Positions 19,304 to 28,463 of a stretch of DNA of 64,000 nucleotides are shown in pieces. Every line of letters starts with the position of its first letter. Positions within the stretch are counted from its first letter, which is position 1. The translations under genes were made by a program, and so were the position numbers. The stretch is from the NCBI GenBank assembly GCA_021791895.1, contig JAJYVS010000005.1, positions 16,002-80,001 on the forward strand. The letters run 5' to 3'. Source of the DNA: Actinomycetes bacterium (GTDB taxonomy: Bacteria > Actinomycetota > Acidimicrobiia > Acidimicrobiales > RAAP-2). The notes beneath the pieces were generated by a model. The model was not told the DNA's origin, did not search any database, and saw only the letters and a program-made list of their open reading frames with translations.

Positions 19304-19544
19304 CGCCCCAATCTTCGCAGGACCGCCCAGGACCTCGGACGAGCGGTCGCCGTTGTGCGGGCACCTCCTAGGTACTAAAGACGGGGATGGCGAACGTCCC
19401 CGCAGCCGGGGGTGCCCTGGGGGATGCAATCTGACCCACCACCCGGCCGGGCCGACCGACCGCACTAGGCTGGACAAGCAGGACGGATCCGTGCCGAGCT
19501 CTCCTGCGTCGTCGATCTCGACGGCGTTGACGGAGGAGGACCCA

Positions 19545-19658
19545 ATGACCCAGATCGAGGAGTTCCTCGACGCCGAGGAAGAAGCGGACGCCGAGGTGGT
19601 CGACGAGGAGACCCTGGTCGAGGAGATCTCGATCGATGGGATGTGCGGGGTCTACTGA
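19545..19658 (+). CDS. mftA: mycofactocin precursor peptide MftA (37 aa)
   Basis: MTQIEEFLDAEEEADAEVVDEETLVEEISIDGMCGVY. The acidic leader and the C-terminal IDGMCGVY are the hallmark. GGAGGAGGA sits 5 nt upstream of the ATG. Too short to appear as its own entry in the ORF track. Confidence 0.9.
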   Translation: MTQIEEFLDAEEEADAEVVDEETLVEEISIDGMCGVY

Positions 19659-19662
19659 TCGG

Positions 19663-19956
19663 GTGACCGCCGACGGGCCGACCCTCGCCCCGCCGTCCTT
19701 CGACGCCAGCCGCCCGTGGCGGCTGCACCCCCAAGTGGCGTTGCGGGACGAGGCTTTCGGGGCGCTCGCCTACCACTATGGGAACCGTCGCCTGGTCTTC
19801 CTGCGCTCCCCGGCATTGGTCGAACTGGTGCGGTCGCTCGAACACTTCGACAGCGCGGAGGCGGCCCTCGCCGCCACCGTGGGGGAACGGCGCCGGCATG
19901 GCTACCGGGAGGCGCTGGCCCGGCTGGCGGCCTCCGAGGTGCTCGATGCCCGCTGA
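19663..19956 (+). CDS. mftB: mycofactocin peptide chaperone MftB
   Basis: FDASRPWRLHPQVALRDEAFGALAYHYGNRRLVFLRSPALVELV matches the MftB pattern. The GTG start at 19663 is tentative. Confidence 0.8.
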   Translation: MTADGPTLAPPSFDASRPWRLHPQVALRDEAFGALAYHYGNRRLVFLRSPALVELVRSLEHFDSAEAALAATVGERRRHGYREALARLAASEVLDAR

Positions 19957-21073
19957 GCTCCACTCCGGGCTCCGGGACAGGCTCGCGCTCGGGCTGGACG
20001 CCCCCATCTGCCTCACCTGGGAGCTGACCTACGCCTGCAACCTGGCCTGCATCCACTGCCTGAGCTCGTCGGGCCGTCGAGACCCCCGCGAGCTGTCGAC
20101 CGACGAGGCCAAGGCGGTGATTGACGAGCTCGAGGCCATGGCGGTCTTCTACGTCAACATCGGTGGCGGGGAGCCGATGACCCGGCCGGACTTCTTCGAG
20201 CTCGTGGGCTACGCGGTCGACCACCGGGTGGGGGTGAAGTTCTCCACCAACGGCACCCGGCTGGACCGGGCCAAGGCCGAGCGGCTGGCGGCCATGGACT
20301 ACGTCGACGTGCAGATCAGCCTGGACGGCGCGACCGAGGAGACCAACGACGCGGTCCGCGGCGTCGGCAGCTATCGCTCGGCCCGGCGGGCGATGGACCA
20401 CCTCGCCGCAGCCGACTTCGGCCCGTTCAAGATCAGCGTTGTGGTCACCCGCCACAATGTGGGCCAGCTCGACGCCCTGGCCGCGATGGCCGGACACTAC
20501 GGCGCCCAGCTGCGGCTCACCCGGCTCCGTCCCTCGGGCCGGGGTGCGGACACCTGGGCCGAGCTCCACCCAAGCTTCGCCCAGCAGCGCGACCTCTACG
20601 AGTGGCTGCGGGACCGCCCCGAGGTGCTGACCGGGGACTCGTTCTTTCATCTCTCGGCCTTGGGGGAACCGCTCGAGGGGCTGAACCTCTGCGGGGCGGG
20701 CCGCGTGGTGTGCCTGATCGACCCGGTGGGGGACGTCTACGCCTGCCCCTTCGTCCTGCACGACGAGTTCAAGGCGGGCAACGTCCGCGCCCCGGGTGGG
20801 TTCAGCGCGCTCTGGCGGCACTCCGAACTGTTCGCCTCGTTGCGCGAACCCACGAGCGCCGGCGCCTGCGCCTCCTGCGGCTCCTACGACTCCTGCCGGG
20901 GCGGGTGCATGGCGGCCAAGTTCTTCACCGGCATGCCGCTCGACGGCCCGGACCCCGAGTGCGCGCTCGGCCACGGGGACGCGGAGCTGGCCGAGCTCGG
21001 GGGCCACGGCCGGCCGACACCTTCCGCCGACCACTCGGTCCGGGTCCCGGTGCGGCTCGTGGCGCGTGCCTGA
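19946..21073 (+). CDS. mftC: mycofactocin radical SAM maturase MftC
   Basis: CX3CX2C (CNLACIHC), GGGEP, and a Cys-rich SPASM tail (CGAGRVVCLIDPVGDVYACPF...CASCGSYDSCRGGC). The ATG overlaps the mftB 3' end. Confidence 0.9.
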   Translation: MPAELHSGLRDRLALGLDAPICLTWELTYACNLACIHCLSSSGRRDPRELSTDEAKAVIDELEAMAVFYVNIGGGEPMTRPDFFELVGYAVDHRVGVKFSTNGTRLDRAKAERLAAMDYVDVQISLDGATEETNDAVRGVGSYRSARRAMDHLAAADFGPFKISVVVTRHNVGQLDALAAMAGHYGAQLRLTRLRPSGRGADTWAELHPSFAQQRDLYEWLRDRPEVLTGDSFFHLSALGEPLEGLNLCGAGRVVCLIDPVGDVYACPFVLHDEFKAGNVRAPGGFSALWRHSELFASLREPTSAGACASCGSYDSCRGGCMAAKFFTGMPLDGPDPECALGHGDAELAELGGHGRPTPSADHSVRVPVRLVARA

Positions 21074-21785
21074 CCGGGACCTCGAGGCCCCTACCTGGCC
21101 CGAGGTCGGCGCGATGGGCGGGAGGTGCCTGTTGGTGATCCCACTCGGCTCCTTCGAGCAGCACGGCCCGCACCTCCCGCTCGACACCGACACCACCATC
21201 GCCCGGGCGCTCACCGAAGGGGTCGCCGACCTCCCCTACGTCCTCGTCGCCCCGGCCCTCGCCTACGGCGCCAGTGGGGAGCACCAGGGGTTCTCGGGCA
21301 CGCTCTCCATCGGGACCGAGGCGCTCACCGAGGTCCTGGTCGAGCTGGTCCGCTCGGCCCGTGACAGCTGTGCCGCCGTCGTGGCGGTCTGCGCGCACGG
21401 GGGCAACGCCGAGGGGTTGGCGACGGCCAAGCGGCGCTGCGCCGCCGAAGGTGACCGGCTGTTCGTCTTCGCCGCCCGGATCGACGGGGGCGACGCCCAC
21501 GCCGGCCGGACCGAGACGTCGCTCATGCTGGCGATCGCCCCCGACGAGGTCCGCACGGGCGAGCTGGTCCCGGGGCGGACCGACGACCTCGAGACCCTCT
21601 GGCCCGAGCTCCGGGCCGGCGGGGTGCGGGCCGTCTCGGCCAGCGGTGTGCTCGGGGACCCCACCCTGGCTACCGCGGCGGAGGGCCGCCTGCTGCTCGG
21701 CACCCTCCTCGACCAGTTGGCCGGCGCCCTCGAGTCGTGGTGGCAGGAGCTGGCGGCCACCAGCACCGGGTCGGGTCGGTCGTGA
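21066..21785 (+). CDS. mftE: mycofactocin peptidase MftE (creatininase family)
   Basis: ...TWPEVGAMGGRCLLVIPLGSFEQHGPHLPLDTDTTIA...AHGGN... I chose GTG 21066 so that the conserved TWPEV is included. 8-nt overlap with mftC. Confidence 0.8.
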   Translation: MPDRDLEAPTWPEVGAMGGRCLLVIPLGSFEQHGPHLPLDTDTTIARALTEGVADLPYVLVAPALAYGASGEHQGFSGTLSIGTEALTEVLVELVRSARDSCAAVVAVCAHGGNAEGLATAKRRCAAEGDRLFVFAARIDGGDAHAGRTETSLMLAIAPDEVRTGELVPGRTDDLETLWPELRAGGVRAVSASGVLGDPTLATAAEGRLLLGTLLDQLAGALESWWQELAATSTGSGRS

Positions 21786-22567
21786 CCAAGGTGGCCGTCG
21801 TCACCGGGGCCGCCCGCGGGGTTGGCGCCGCCATCGTCGGACACCTGGTCGCCGACGGCTGGTCGGTGGTCGCCGTCGACGCCTGTCGCGACGACCCGGC
21901 GATCCCGTACCCGCTCGCTTCCCCGGAGGACCTCGGGGCTCTCGCCGATCGCCACGGGCCGTCGGTGGCGCCCTTCGTCGGCGACGTCCGCTCCGGCGCC
22001 GACATGGCGACGGCGGTCGAGCTGGCCCAGGAGCGGTTCGGTCCGCTCGACGCCGCGGTCGCCGCCGCCGGGGTCCTCGCCGGCGGCGGACCGGTGTGGG
22101 AGACCGACGAGGCGGTGTGGCGCACCCTCTTCGACGTGAACGTGGTCGGCGTGCTCCGGCTGGCCGCCGCGGCCATCCCGGCACTCGTCGCCCGGCCGGT
22201 GCCTCGACAGGGTCGCTTCGTGGCCCTCTCGTCTGCGGCCGGCCTGCTCGGGTTGCGCCGGCTCGGCGCCTACGTCGCCTCCAAGCACGCGGTGATCGGG
22301 CTGGTCCGGGCGCTGGCCGCCGACCTGGCCGGGACCGGTGTGACGGCCAACGCGTTGTGCCCGGGTTCCACGCGCACCACCATTCTCGAGGCCTCGGCCC
22401 GGATCTACGGCCTGAGCTCGGTCGAGGAGTTCGACGGCCAGGCGCTCCTCGAGCGGCTCTTGGAACCCGAGGAGCCGGCGGCGCTGGCCGCCTGGCTGTG
22501 CGGGGTCGCGTCGAGCGGGATCACCGGGGCGGTGCTCCCCGTCGACGGCGGGATGACGACCTTCTGA
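21782..22567 (+). CDS. mycofactocin-coupled SDR family oxidoreductase (subfamily-2-like)
   Basis: VAVVTGAARGVGAAIVGHLVADGWSVVAVDACRDDPAIPYPLASPEDL...YVASKHAV... GTGA overlap with the mftE stop. Confidence 0.8.
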   Translation: MTKVAVVTGAARGVGAAIVGHLVADGWSVVAVDACRDDPAIPYPLASPEDLGALADRHGPSVAPFVGDVRSGADMATAVELAQERFGPLDAAVAAAGVLAGGGPVWETDEAVWRTLFDVNVVGVLRLAAAAIPALVARPVPRQGRFVALSSAAGLLGLRRLGAYVASKHAVIGLVRALAADLAGTGVTANALCPGSTRTTILEASARIYGLSSVEEFDGQALLERLLEPEEPAALAAWLCGVASSGITGAVLPVDGGMTTF

Positions 22568-22702
22568 CACCCGGTGGCCGATCGCTCACGCCGGCGACCC
22601 GGCGGTAGCGTGGGCCGCCCGCCCGGCACCCGGGTGCGGCAGAGGAGGGGCCGATGGTGCCGAGCGGCCGGTCCGCCCCGGCGGCGGTGAGGGGCTGAGC
22701 CG

Positions 22703-23371
22703 GTGGCGGTCGCGTCATCGGACCCCGCGCTGGCGGCTCTGGCCCCCCTGACCGTCCTCGACCACCCGGTGGTCGCCGACCGGCTGGTGCACCTGCGCGA
22801 CCGGGCGACCGACAACGCCACCTTCCGGCGCCTGACCGCCGAGATCGCCGCGTTGGTCGCCTACGAGGCCCTGCGGGACCTCGAGACCGAGCCGACCACC
22901 GTCTCGACCCCGGTGGCCGCCGTCGCCCCCGGTCGCCGGATCTCCGAAACCCCTCTCCTCGTCCCGGTCCTGCGGGCCGGCCTCGGGATGGTGCCGGCCA
23001 TCACCGCCATGCTCCCGCCGGTCGAGGTGGCCCACGTCGGCCTGCGGCGCGACGAGGCCACCTTGCACTCGACCATGTACCTCGACGCCCTGCCCCGCTC
23101 GCTCGCCGGGCGCCGGGTCGTGGTGTGCGATCCAATGCTCGCCACCGGCGGCACCCTGGTGAAGGTGTGCGACGTCGTGGTGGTGAGGGGAGCGGCGGCG
23201 GTGGTGGTCCTGTGCCTGCTGGCCTCGTTGCCCGGGCTCCGCCGGTTCCGGGCCGCCCACCCGGGCGTCCCGGTCGCCTGCGCCGCCGTCGACCCGGCGT
23301 TGGACGAGAACGGCTACATCGTCCCGGGGCTCGGCGACGCCGGGGACCGGCTCTTCGGCCCCCCGGCATAG
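22703..23371 (+). CDS. upp: uracil phosphoribosyltransferase
   Basis: ...LLVPVLRAGLGM...VVVCDPMLATGGT...ENGYIVPGLGDAGDRLFG. Confidence 0.9.
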   Translation: MAVASSDPALAALAPLTVLDHPVVADRLVHLRDRATDNATFRRLTAEIAALVAYEALRDLETEPTTVSTPVAAVAPGRRISETPLLVPVLRAGLGMVPAITAMLPPVEVAHVGLRRDEATLHSTMYLDALPRSLAGRRVVVCDPMLATGGTLVKVCDVVVVRGAAAVVVLCLLASLPGLRRFRAAHPGVPVACAAVDPALDENGYIVPGLGDAGDRLFGPPA

Positions 23372-23384
23372 CGATCGGGCGTCG

Positions 23385-23858
23385 TCAGCGCCCGATGTCC
23401 TCGAACCACAGCTCCGGCCGGGCGGCGACGAAGCCGGCCAGCAGCTCGATGCACGCCGGGTCGGCCAGGTCGAGCACCTCGACGCCGTGCTCGGCCAACC
23501 ACTCGTGGCCGCCGAAGAAGTTCTCCGACTCACCAATGACCACGGCCCCGATGCCGAACTGACGCACCAGCCCGCTGCAGAACCAGCAGGGGGAGAGGGT
23601 GGTGACCATGACCGTCCCCGAGTAGTCGCGCCGTCGACCCGCCTCCCGGAAGGCGTCGGTCTCCGCGTGCGCCGAGGGGTCGTCGTCCTGGACCCGCCGG
23701 TTCCGGCCCCGCCCGAGGAGCTGCCCGTCCCTGGTGAACAGCGCCGCACCCACCGGGATCCCTCCTTCGGCCAGACCGGCCCTCGCCTCCTCCAAGGCCA
23801 CGGCGAGGAACTGACGGGCCTGGTCGGGCGAGATGGGTGACCGGTCATTTGCGGTCAT
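23385..23858 (-). CDS. CMP/dCMP-type zinc deaminase, cytosine-deaminase-like
   Basis: Internal ATG at 23858 after GGAGGA. ...HAETDAF...TTLSPCWFCSGLV is an H-A-E / PC-x2-C zinc site. Confidence 0.8.
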   Translation of the reverse strand: MTANDRSPISPDQARQFLAVALEEARAGLAEGGIPVGAALFTRDGQLLGRGRNRRVQDDDPSAHAETDAFREAGRRRDYSGTVMVTTLSPCWFCSGLVRQFGIGAVVIGESENFFGGHEWLAEHGVEVLDLADPACIELLAGFVAARPELWFEDIGR

Positions 23859-23884
23859 CGGTGTCCTCCGGTCAGAGTCGGACG

Positions 23885-24550
23885 GTGACGGTGCGCCACG
23901 GTACCTACCGGGTGGCGGTGGGCTCCCAGGAGCTGGAGATCCCACTCGTCCCCTTGGCCGAGGACCTGACCATCGCGTTGCTCATCTCGGTCGATCTCGG
24001 TGTGGCCTTCGCCCAGCGGGCCGGGGGAGAGCTGGCCGCCAAGCTCTCGCCCTACGAACCCGAGATCGTGGTGTCAGTGGCCACCATGGGGATCCCGATC
24101 GCCATCGAGGTCACGAGGGCTCTCGGGTTCGACGACTACGTGATCCTGCACAAGACGCCCAAGATCCACCTGGCCGACGCGATCGCCGAGCCGGTCCGCT
24201 CGATCACGACGGCCTCCGCCCAGCGGTTGCTGTTCGACCGGGCCCGCCTGGCTTCGGTCGCCGGCCACCGGGTGGCCGTGGTCGACGACGTCATCTCGAC
24301 CGGCGGCTCGACCAAGGCGGCGCTCAACCTCATGCGGCGCGTCGGGGCCGAGCCGGTGGTGGTGGGGACCCTCGTGACCGAGGGCGCCCAGTGGCGCTCG
24401 AACCTGGGCGACGATGCCGCGTTGGTCCAGGCGCTGGGCTCGATCCCGCTGTTCCGCCACGGCCCCGCCGGCTCGCTGGTCGAGGACTGGGAGGGCCTGG
24501 GGGGCTCCACGCCGGCACAGGCGGCCTCGAGCGCCGCCGGCGAGGTCTGA
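23885..24550 (+). CDS. phosphoribosyltransferase family protein
   Basis: ...VSVATMGIPIAIEV...GHRVAVVDDVISTGGSTKAAL is a PRPP-binding loop. Start uncertain: GTG 23885 or 23891, or the overlapping start at 23837. Confidence 0.7.
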   Translation: MTVRHGTYRVAVGSQELEIPLVPLAEDLTIALLISVDLGVAFAQRAGGELAAKLSPYEPEIVVSVATMGIPIAIEVTRALGFDDYVILHKTPKIHLADAIAEPVRSITTASAQRLLFDRARLASVAGHRVAVVDDVISTGGSTKAALNLMRRVGAEPVVVGTLVTEGAQWRSNLGDDAALVQALGSIPLFRHGPAGSLVEDWEGLGGSTPAQAASSAAGEV

Positions 24551-24600
24551 CGCTCGGGCCGGCAGGCGCAGCGAATCCGGCGACGGCCCGGTCGAAGAGG

Positions 24601-24620
24601 CTCCTCGGAACCTCGAGGAG
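24601..24620 (+). terminator. stem-loop downstream of the PRTase gene (7-bp stem, no U-tract)
   Basis: ctcctcg-gaacct-cgaggag, 51 nt after the stop codon. Confidence 0.2.
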
Positions 24621-24835
24621 ATCGACGGCTTCCCGGAGCGGTCGAAACCGCGCGTGCCGATCCAGAGGACTCGTACGCCGCCATTCGTGTAGCCCACGGC
24701 CCGTCCCAGGCGGCAAAGGCAATCCGCGTCGCACCGGAGAGGTCGGCGAAGACCCGAGGACCCTGCGGTCCGGTGGCGTTTGCGGTGGTTCTGAGCCACG
24801 GGCCATTCCTCGGTTATCAACCAAGGGGGAAGGCT

Positions 24836-25084
24836 GTGAGCAGGCGCGAGACCGAACGGCGGGCCGGGGTCCTTTTCGTCATCCCCGCCACGGCCTTCGC
24901 CGCACTCATCTTCGGTGCCACCACCCCGGCATTTGCCGCCAAGATTCGTGGGTGGGTATGGGTGGGAGCGCTTTGCCGAAGTCGGGACCGGGGGATCGGT
25001 GTCCCGCAGGGACCGGTCTCTTCCGGTTCACTCGGGCGGTGGCCGACAGCCATCGAGGGCACCGCGCCCGGTGTCCCCGGGTGA
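24836..25084 (+). CDS. hypothetical small secreted protein (82 aa, signal peptide)
   Basis: GTG preceded by AAGGGGGAAGG 5 nt upstream. N-terminus SRRETERRAGVLFVIPATAFAALIFGATTPAFA|AK has a twin-Arg n-region, an h-region and an AxA site. G/C third-position bias is good in the signal part and weaker afterwards. Confidence 0.4.
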   Translation: MSRRETERRAGVLFVIPATAFAALIFGATTPAFAAKIRGWVWVGALCRSRDRGIGVPQGPVSSGSLGRWPTAIEGTAPGVPG

Positions 25085-25222
25085 GAACCCCACGTTGTGC
25101 GGCGCTTCGTTGGCCGATCCGCCCAGAATCCGGCGCGTCGACGACCGCGGAACGTCGCTACGCGACCGCCCGACCGCCCGAACGCCCGCCGCTCCTCGAT
25201 CGTCAGGTCGTGGAGAGCGGTC

Positions 25223-26710
25223 CTACGAGGGCTCACCGAGCGCGGCCAGCATGGAGTCCTGGACGTCGGCCTGGCTCCGCACCCCCCGCCAGCCCAAGGC
25301 CAGATAGACGAGTGCCGCGACCCCGACGCCGAGGAACACGCTGAAGTCGGCCCCGAAGCCGTACTTGTCGGCGGTGTGGTACGTGACCAGGTTGAGCCAG
25401 TGGGGCAGGTGGAAGGTGGCCGCCAGGGCCTCGACGGCGGCGAACATCCCGACGAGCTGGGCGATGATCGCCGGCCAGAAGACGCCGCCGCTGCGGTAGT
25501 AGAGACCGCCCCGGTCGGTCCGCTGGAGCTCGGCCGGCACGTAGCGCCGCCGCCGCATCCACCAGTCGACGATGAAGATGCCGAACCAGGGCGCGATCCA
25601 GACGATGACCAGGTCGACAAAGTCCTTCAGATAGGTGTTGAAGGAGGTATTGAAGATGGCCGTCATCGCGACCGCCCCGGCGAGGATGCAGTCGATGACG
25701 ACCGCCCAGTCGCGCTTGATCTTCGCCCCCAGTGCCTGCAAGGTCACCCCCGAGGAGTACAGGTCCAGGCTGTTGATGGCGAACAGCTGGAGGATGCTGA
25801 AGATCAAGAAGACGTCGACGAACCAGGCCGGGATGAAGGATTGGTGGATGAAGGGCTTGAAGGCGTTGGCCGAGCTCCCGACGTTGCCGAGGAAGGTGCC
25901 GACCGTCGCTCCGAGCAGCATGATCAGGATCTCGGGAACGGCGGTGCCGAGGAACACCCAGCCCACGATGCCGGCCTTCGAGGTCTCCGGAGGGCAGTAG
26001 CGGGTGTAGTCGTTACCGTTCTCGGTCCAGCCGAGGCCCGAGAGCACGATGACGAAGGCCAGGCCCTCCATGTAGGTCTGCCAGTCGGCCGGATGCGCCA
26101 CGCCGTGGGTGGTGGCGTGGGGAATGGCGAAGCCGAGCAGGATCGCGAACAGGATCACGAACGGCACCACGAGCGCCCGGAGCGTCTTCAGGATCGTGGC
26201 ATGGCCGAGGAACGGCAGGACCCCCTGGATGACCACCGCGATGAGCAGGAAGATCACCTTGGCGGCGTCGCCACCGGCGAACCCGGCCTTGGCCTGGAGG
26301 ACGAGCGCCGCTCCCACGATCAGGATGAGCCCCTCCACCTCGAAGCCGATCTGGGTGAGCCAGTTGAACAGCGAGATGAGCCGGGAGCCGTTGGGTCCGA
26401 ACCCGGCCCGGTTGGTGGCGAAGACCGTCGTGCCGGTCTGGGGTGCCTGCAGGCTGGCCAGGCCGAGCAAGAAGTAGGAGAGGTTCCCGATCAGGATCAG
26501 GCTCAGCGCCTGGGCGAAGTTGAGCCCGAAGGTCATGAGGACGGCGCCGTAGATGAAGTACTCGATCTGGATGCTGGCGCCGGCCCACATCGCGCCGACG
26601 TCGCGGGGTCTCGCCCACCGCTCGGCGGCCGGGACGTAGTCGATCCCGTGGGTCTCGATCCGGAACGCCTGATCCGTGGCGGGCAGCGCCTCCTCCACGA
26701 TGGTGGCCAT
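25223..26710 (-). CDS. NCS1-family purine/cytosine permease (CodB-like)
   Basis: Internal ATG at 26710 after GGAGGAGGGG. 12-TM-type sequence ...NRAGFGPNGSRLISLFNWLTQIGFE...NGNDYTRY... Confidence 0.85.
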   Translation of the reverse strand: MATIVEEALPATDQAFRIETHGIDYVPAAERWARPRDVGAMWAGASIQIEYFIYGAVLMTFGLNFAQALSLILIGNLSYFLLGLASLQAPQTGTTVFATNRAGFGPNGSRLISLFNWLTQIGFEVEGLILIVGAALVLQAKAGFAGGDAAKVIFLLIAVVIQGVLPFLGHATILKTLRALVVPFVILFAILLGFAIPHATTHGVAHPADWQTYMEGLAFVIVLSGLGWTENGNDYTRYCPPETSKAGIVGWVFLGTAVPEILIMLLGATVGTFLGNVGSSANAFKPFIHQSFIPAWFVDVFLIFSILQLFAINSLDLYSSGVTLQALGAKIKRDWAVVIDCILAGAVAMTAIFNTSFNTYLKDFVDLVIVWIAPWFGIFIVDWWMRRRRYVPAELQRTDRGGLYYRSGGVFWPAIIAQLVGMFAAVEALAATFHLPHWLNLVTYHTADKYGFGADFSVFLGVGVAALVYLALGWRGVRSQADVQDSMLAALGEPS

Positions 26711-26934
26711 GTCCCCTCCTCCCACACCGTCCTGCGCCTCGCCGAGACAGAAGGGCTCCCTGGGCCAAACCCGCGGCGCGAGAAGGATGGGCGACACCCA
26801 GGGGCCGCGTCAAGCGGGCTGTTGAGGGCGGGTCGAGCCGTCAGGTCGGGTCACGGCGCGGCGCGCACGGTCGCCTTCGCCGACGAGCCTCCGACAGAGG
26901 AGGAACCGACCAGGGTCGCCTAGGGTCGCCGTCG

Positions 26935-28410
26935 ATGTTCGACGACGGCATCCCCGACCACGCCGGTCTGGCCGAGCTGGCAGAAGGTCTCGCCGCCGGC
27001 CGCTGGACCAGCGCGGGGCTGGTGGCGGCCTACCGCGCCCGCATCGAACGGCTGGACCCGGGCTTTGGCTCGGTGCGCGCGGTGGCGGACGACTGCGAGG
27101 AGCAGGCGAGGGCCAGCGACGCCCGCCGGGCGGCCTCCGGAGCGCGGAGCCCGCTCGAGGGTGTGCCGGTGGTCGTGAAGGACAACATCGACGTCGCCGG
27201 CGTCCCCACCACCGGTGGCGCCCTCGCCCTCGAGCACTCGGTTCCCGGGCGCGACGCCCCGCTGGTGCGGCGCCTGCGCGAGGCGGGGGCGGTGATCCTG
27301 GCCAAGACGAACCTCTCGGAGCTGGCCAACTTCCTCACCGAGGACATGCCCTCGGGCTACTCCTCCCTCGGGGGTCAGGTGCTGAACCCCTACGACACCG
27401 CCCTCACCCCGAGCGGGTCCTCCAGCGGGTCGGCCAGCGCGCTGTCGCTTGGTCTCGCCCCGGTCGCGGTGGGGACCGAGACCGACGGCTCGATCACCAG
27501 CCCGTGTGAGCACCAGAGCTTGGTGGGGGTGAAGCCCACTCTTGGGCTGGTGAGCCGGACCGGCATCCTGCCCATCGCCCCTAGCCAGGACACGGCGGGC
27601 CCGATGGCCGCCTCGGTCGCCGACGCCGCGACGCTCCTCGGGGTGATCGCCGGCAGTGACGCCGACGACCCGAGCACCGCGGGCGCCGACGAGGTCGCCG
27701 CCCGACTGCGCAGCCTCAGAACCGATTGGCCGTCCCTCACCGGGGCGCGTTTGGCCGTGGTCGTCGCAGTGCCCGAGGGCGCCCGGCGCGAGGTCGGTCG
27801 GAGCCGCGAGGACCGCCGGGGCTGTCACGACGCGCTGTTGGCCGCGCTCCGCTCGGCGGGGGCGGCGACCGTCGAGGTGGGCGTCGAGCCCCAGCCCCAG
27901 GACGACGAGATGGCCGTGCTGACCTTCGAGTTCGCCCCGGCGGTCGACGCCTACCTCGCCGCTCTGGGCCCGGCGGCGCCGGTCAAGACCATGGCCGAGC
28001 TGGCCCGGTGGAACGCCGCCCACGCCGACCGGGCGCTCAAGTTCGGCCAGGTCCACGTGGAGCAGGCCCTGGCGATCGACCATGAGACCGCCCGGGCCGC
28101 CCACGAGACGAGGCGCGACGGCGTTCGCGCCGCCGCGCTGAGCGCGCTCGAGGCGGCGATCGGGGACCGCGAGGCGATCCTCTTCCCCGGCTCCGGGGGG
28201 ACCAGCCTGGCCGCCCGGGCCGGGTGGCCGAGCCTCGTGCTCCCGGCCGGCTACGGGGCGGCGAGTCGTCGACCGGTCGGGGCGACCCTCGTGTCCCGAC
28301 CGTGGACCGAGCCTCGCCTGTTGGCCATCGCCGGTGGCCTGGAGCGGGCCCACCCGGTGCGACGCCCGCCCTGGGCGATCAACCCGGCGGCCTTCCGCGG
28401 CCTCGCCTGA
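26935..28410 (+). CDS. amidase (amidase-signature family)
   Basis: ...[20 protein letters not shown]...[30 protein letters not shown]... Confidence 0.85.
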   Translation: MFDDGIPDHAGLAELAEGLAAGRWTSAGLVAAYRARIERLDPGFGSVRAVADDCEEQARASDARRAASGARSPLEGVPVVVKDNIDVAGVPTTGGALALEHSVPGRDAPLVRRLREAGAVILAKTNLSELANFLTEDMPSGYSSLGGQVLNPYDTALTPSGSSSGSASALSLGLAPVAVGTETDGSITSPCEHQSLVGVKPTLGLVSRTGILPIAPSQDTAGPMAASVADAATLLGVIAGSDADDPSTAGADEVAARLRSLRTDWPSLTGARLAVVVAVPEGARREVGRSREDRRGCHDALLAALRSAGAATVEVGVEPQPQDDEMAVLTFEFAPAVDAYLAALGPAAPVKTMAELARWNAAHADRALKFGQVHVEQALAIDHETARAAHETRRDGVRAAALSALEAAIGDREAILFPGSGGTSLAARAGWPSLVLPAGYGAASRRPVGATLVSRPWTEPRLLAIAGGLERAHPVRRPPWAINPAAFRGLA

Positions 28411-28463
28411 AAAGCGCCATCGCACCGGCCGGGCGGTCCGGGACGTCGCGGCGGTTCGGTAGC

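Noticed and set aside
24551-24835. Known riboswitch (c-di-AMP/ydaO or TPP) upstream of the secreted sORF
   Set aside because: Two AAUCCG segments recall ydaO. The diagnostic conserved blocks (GGGGACCCA-type, CCGACAGCUAACC-type, or CUGAGA for TPP) are absent by eye, so I make no call without an Rfam scan.
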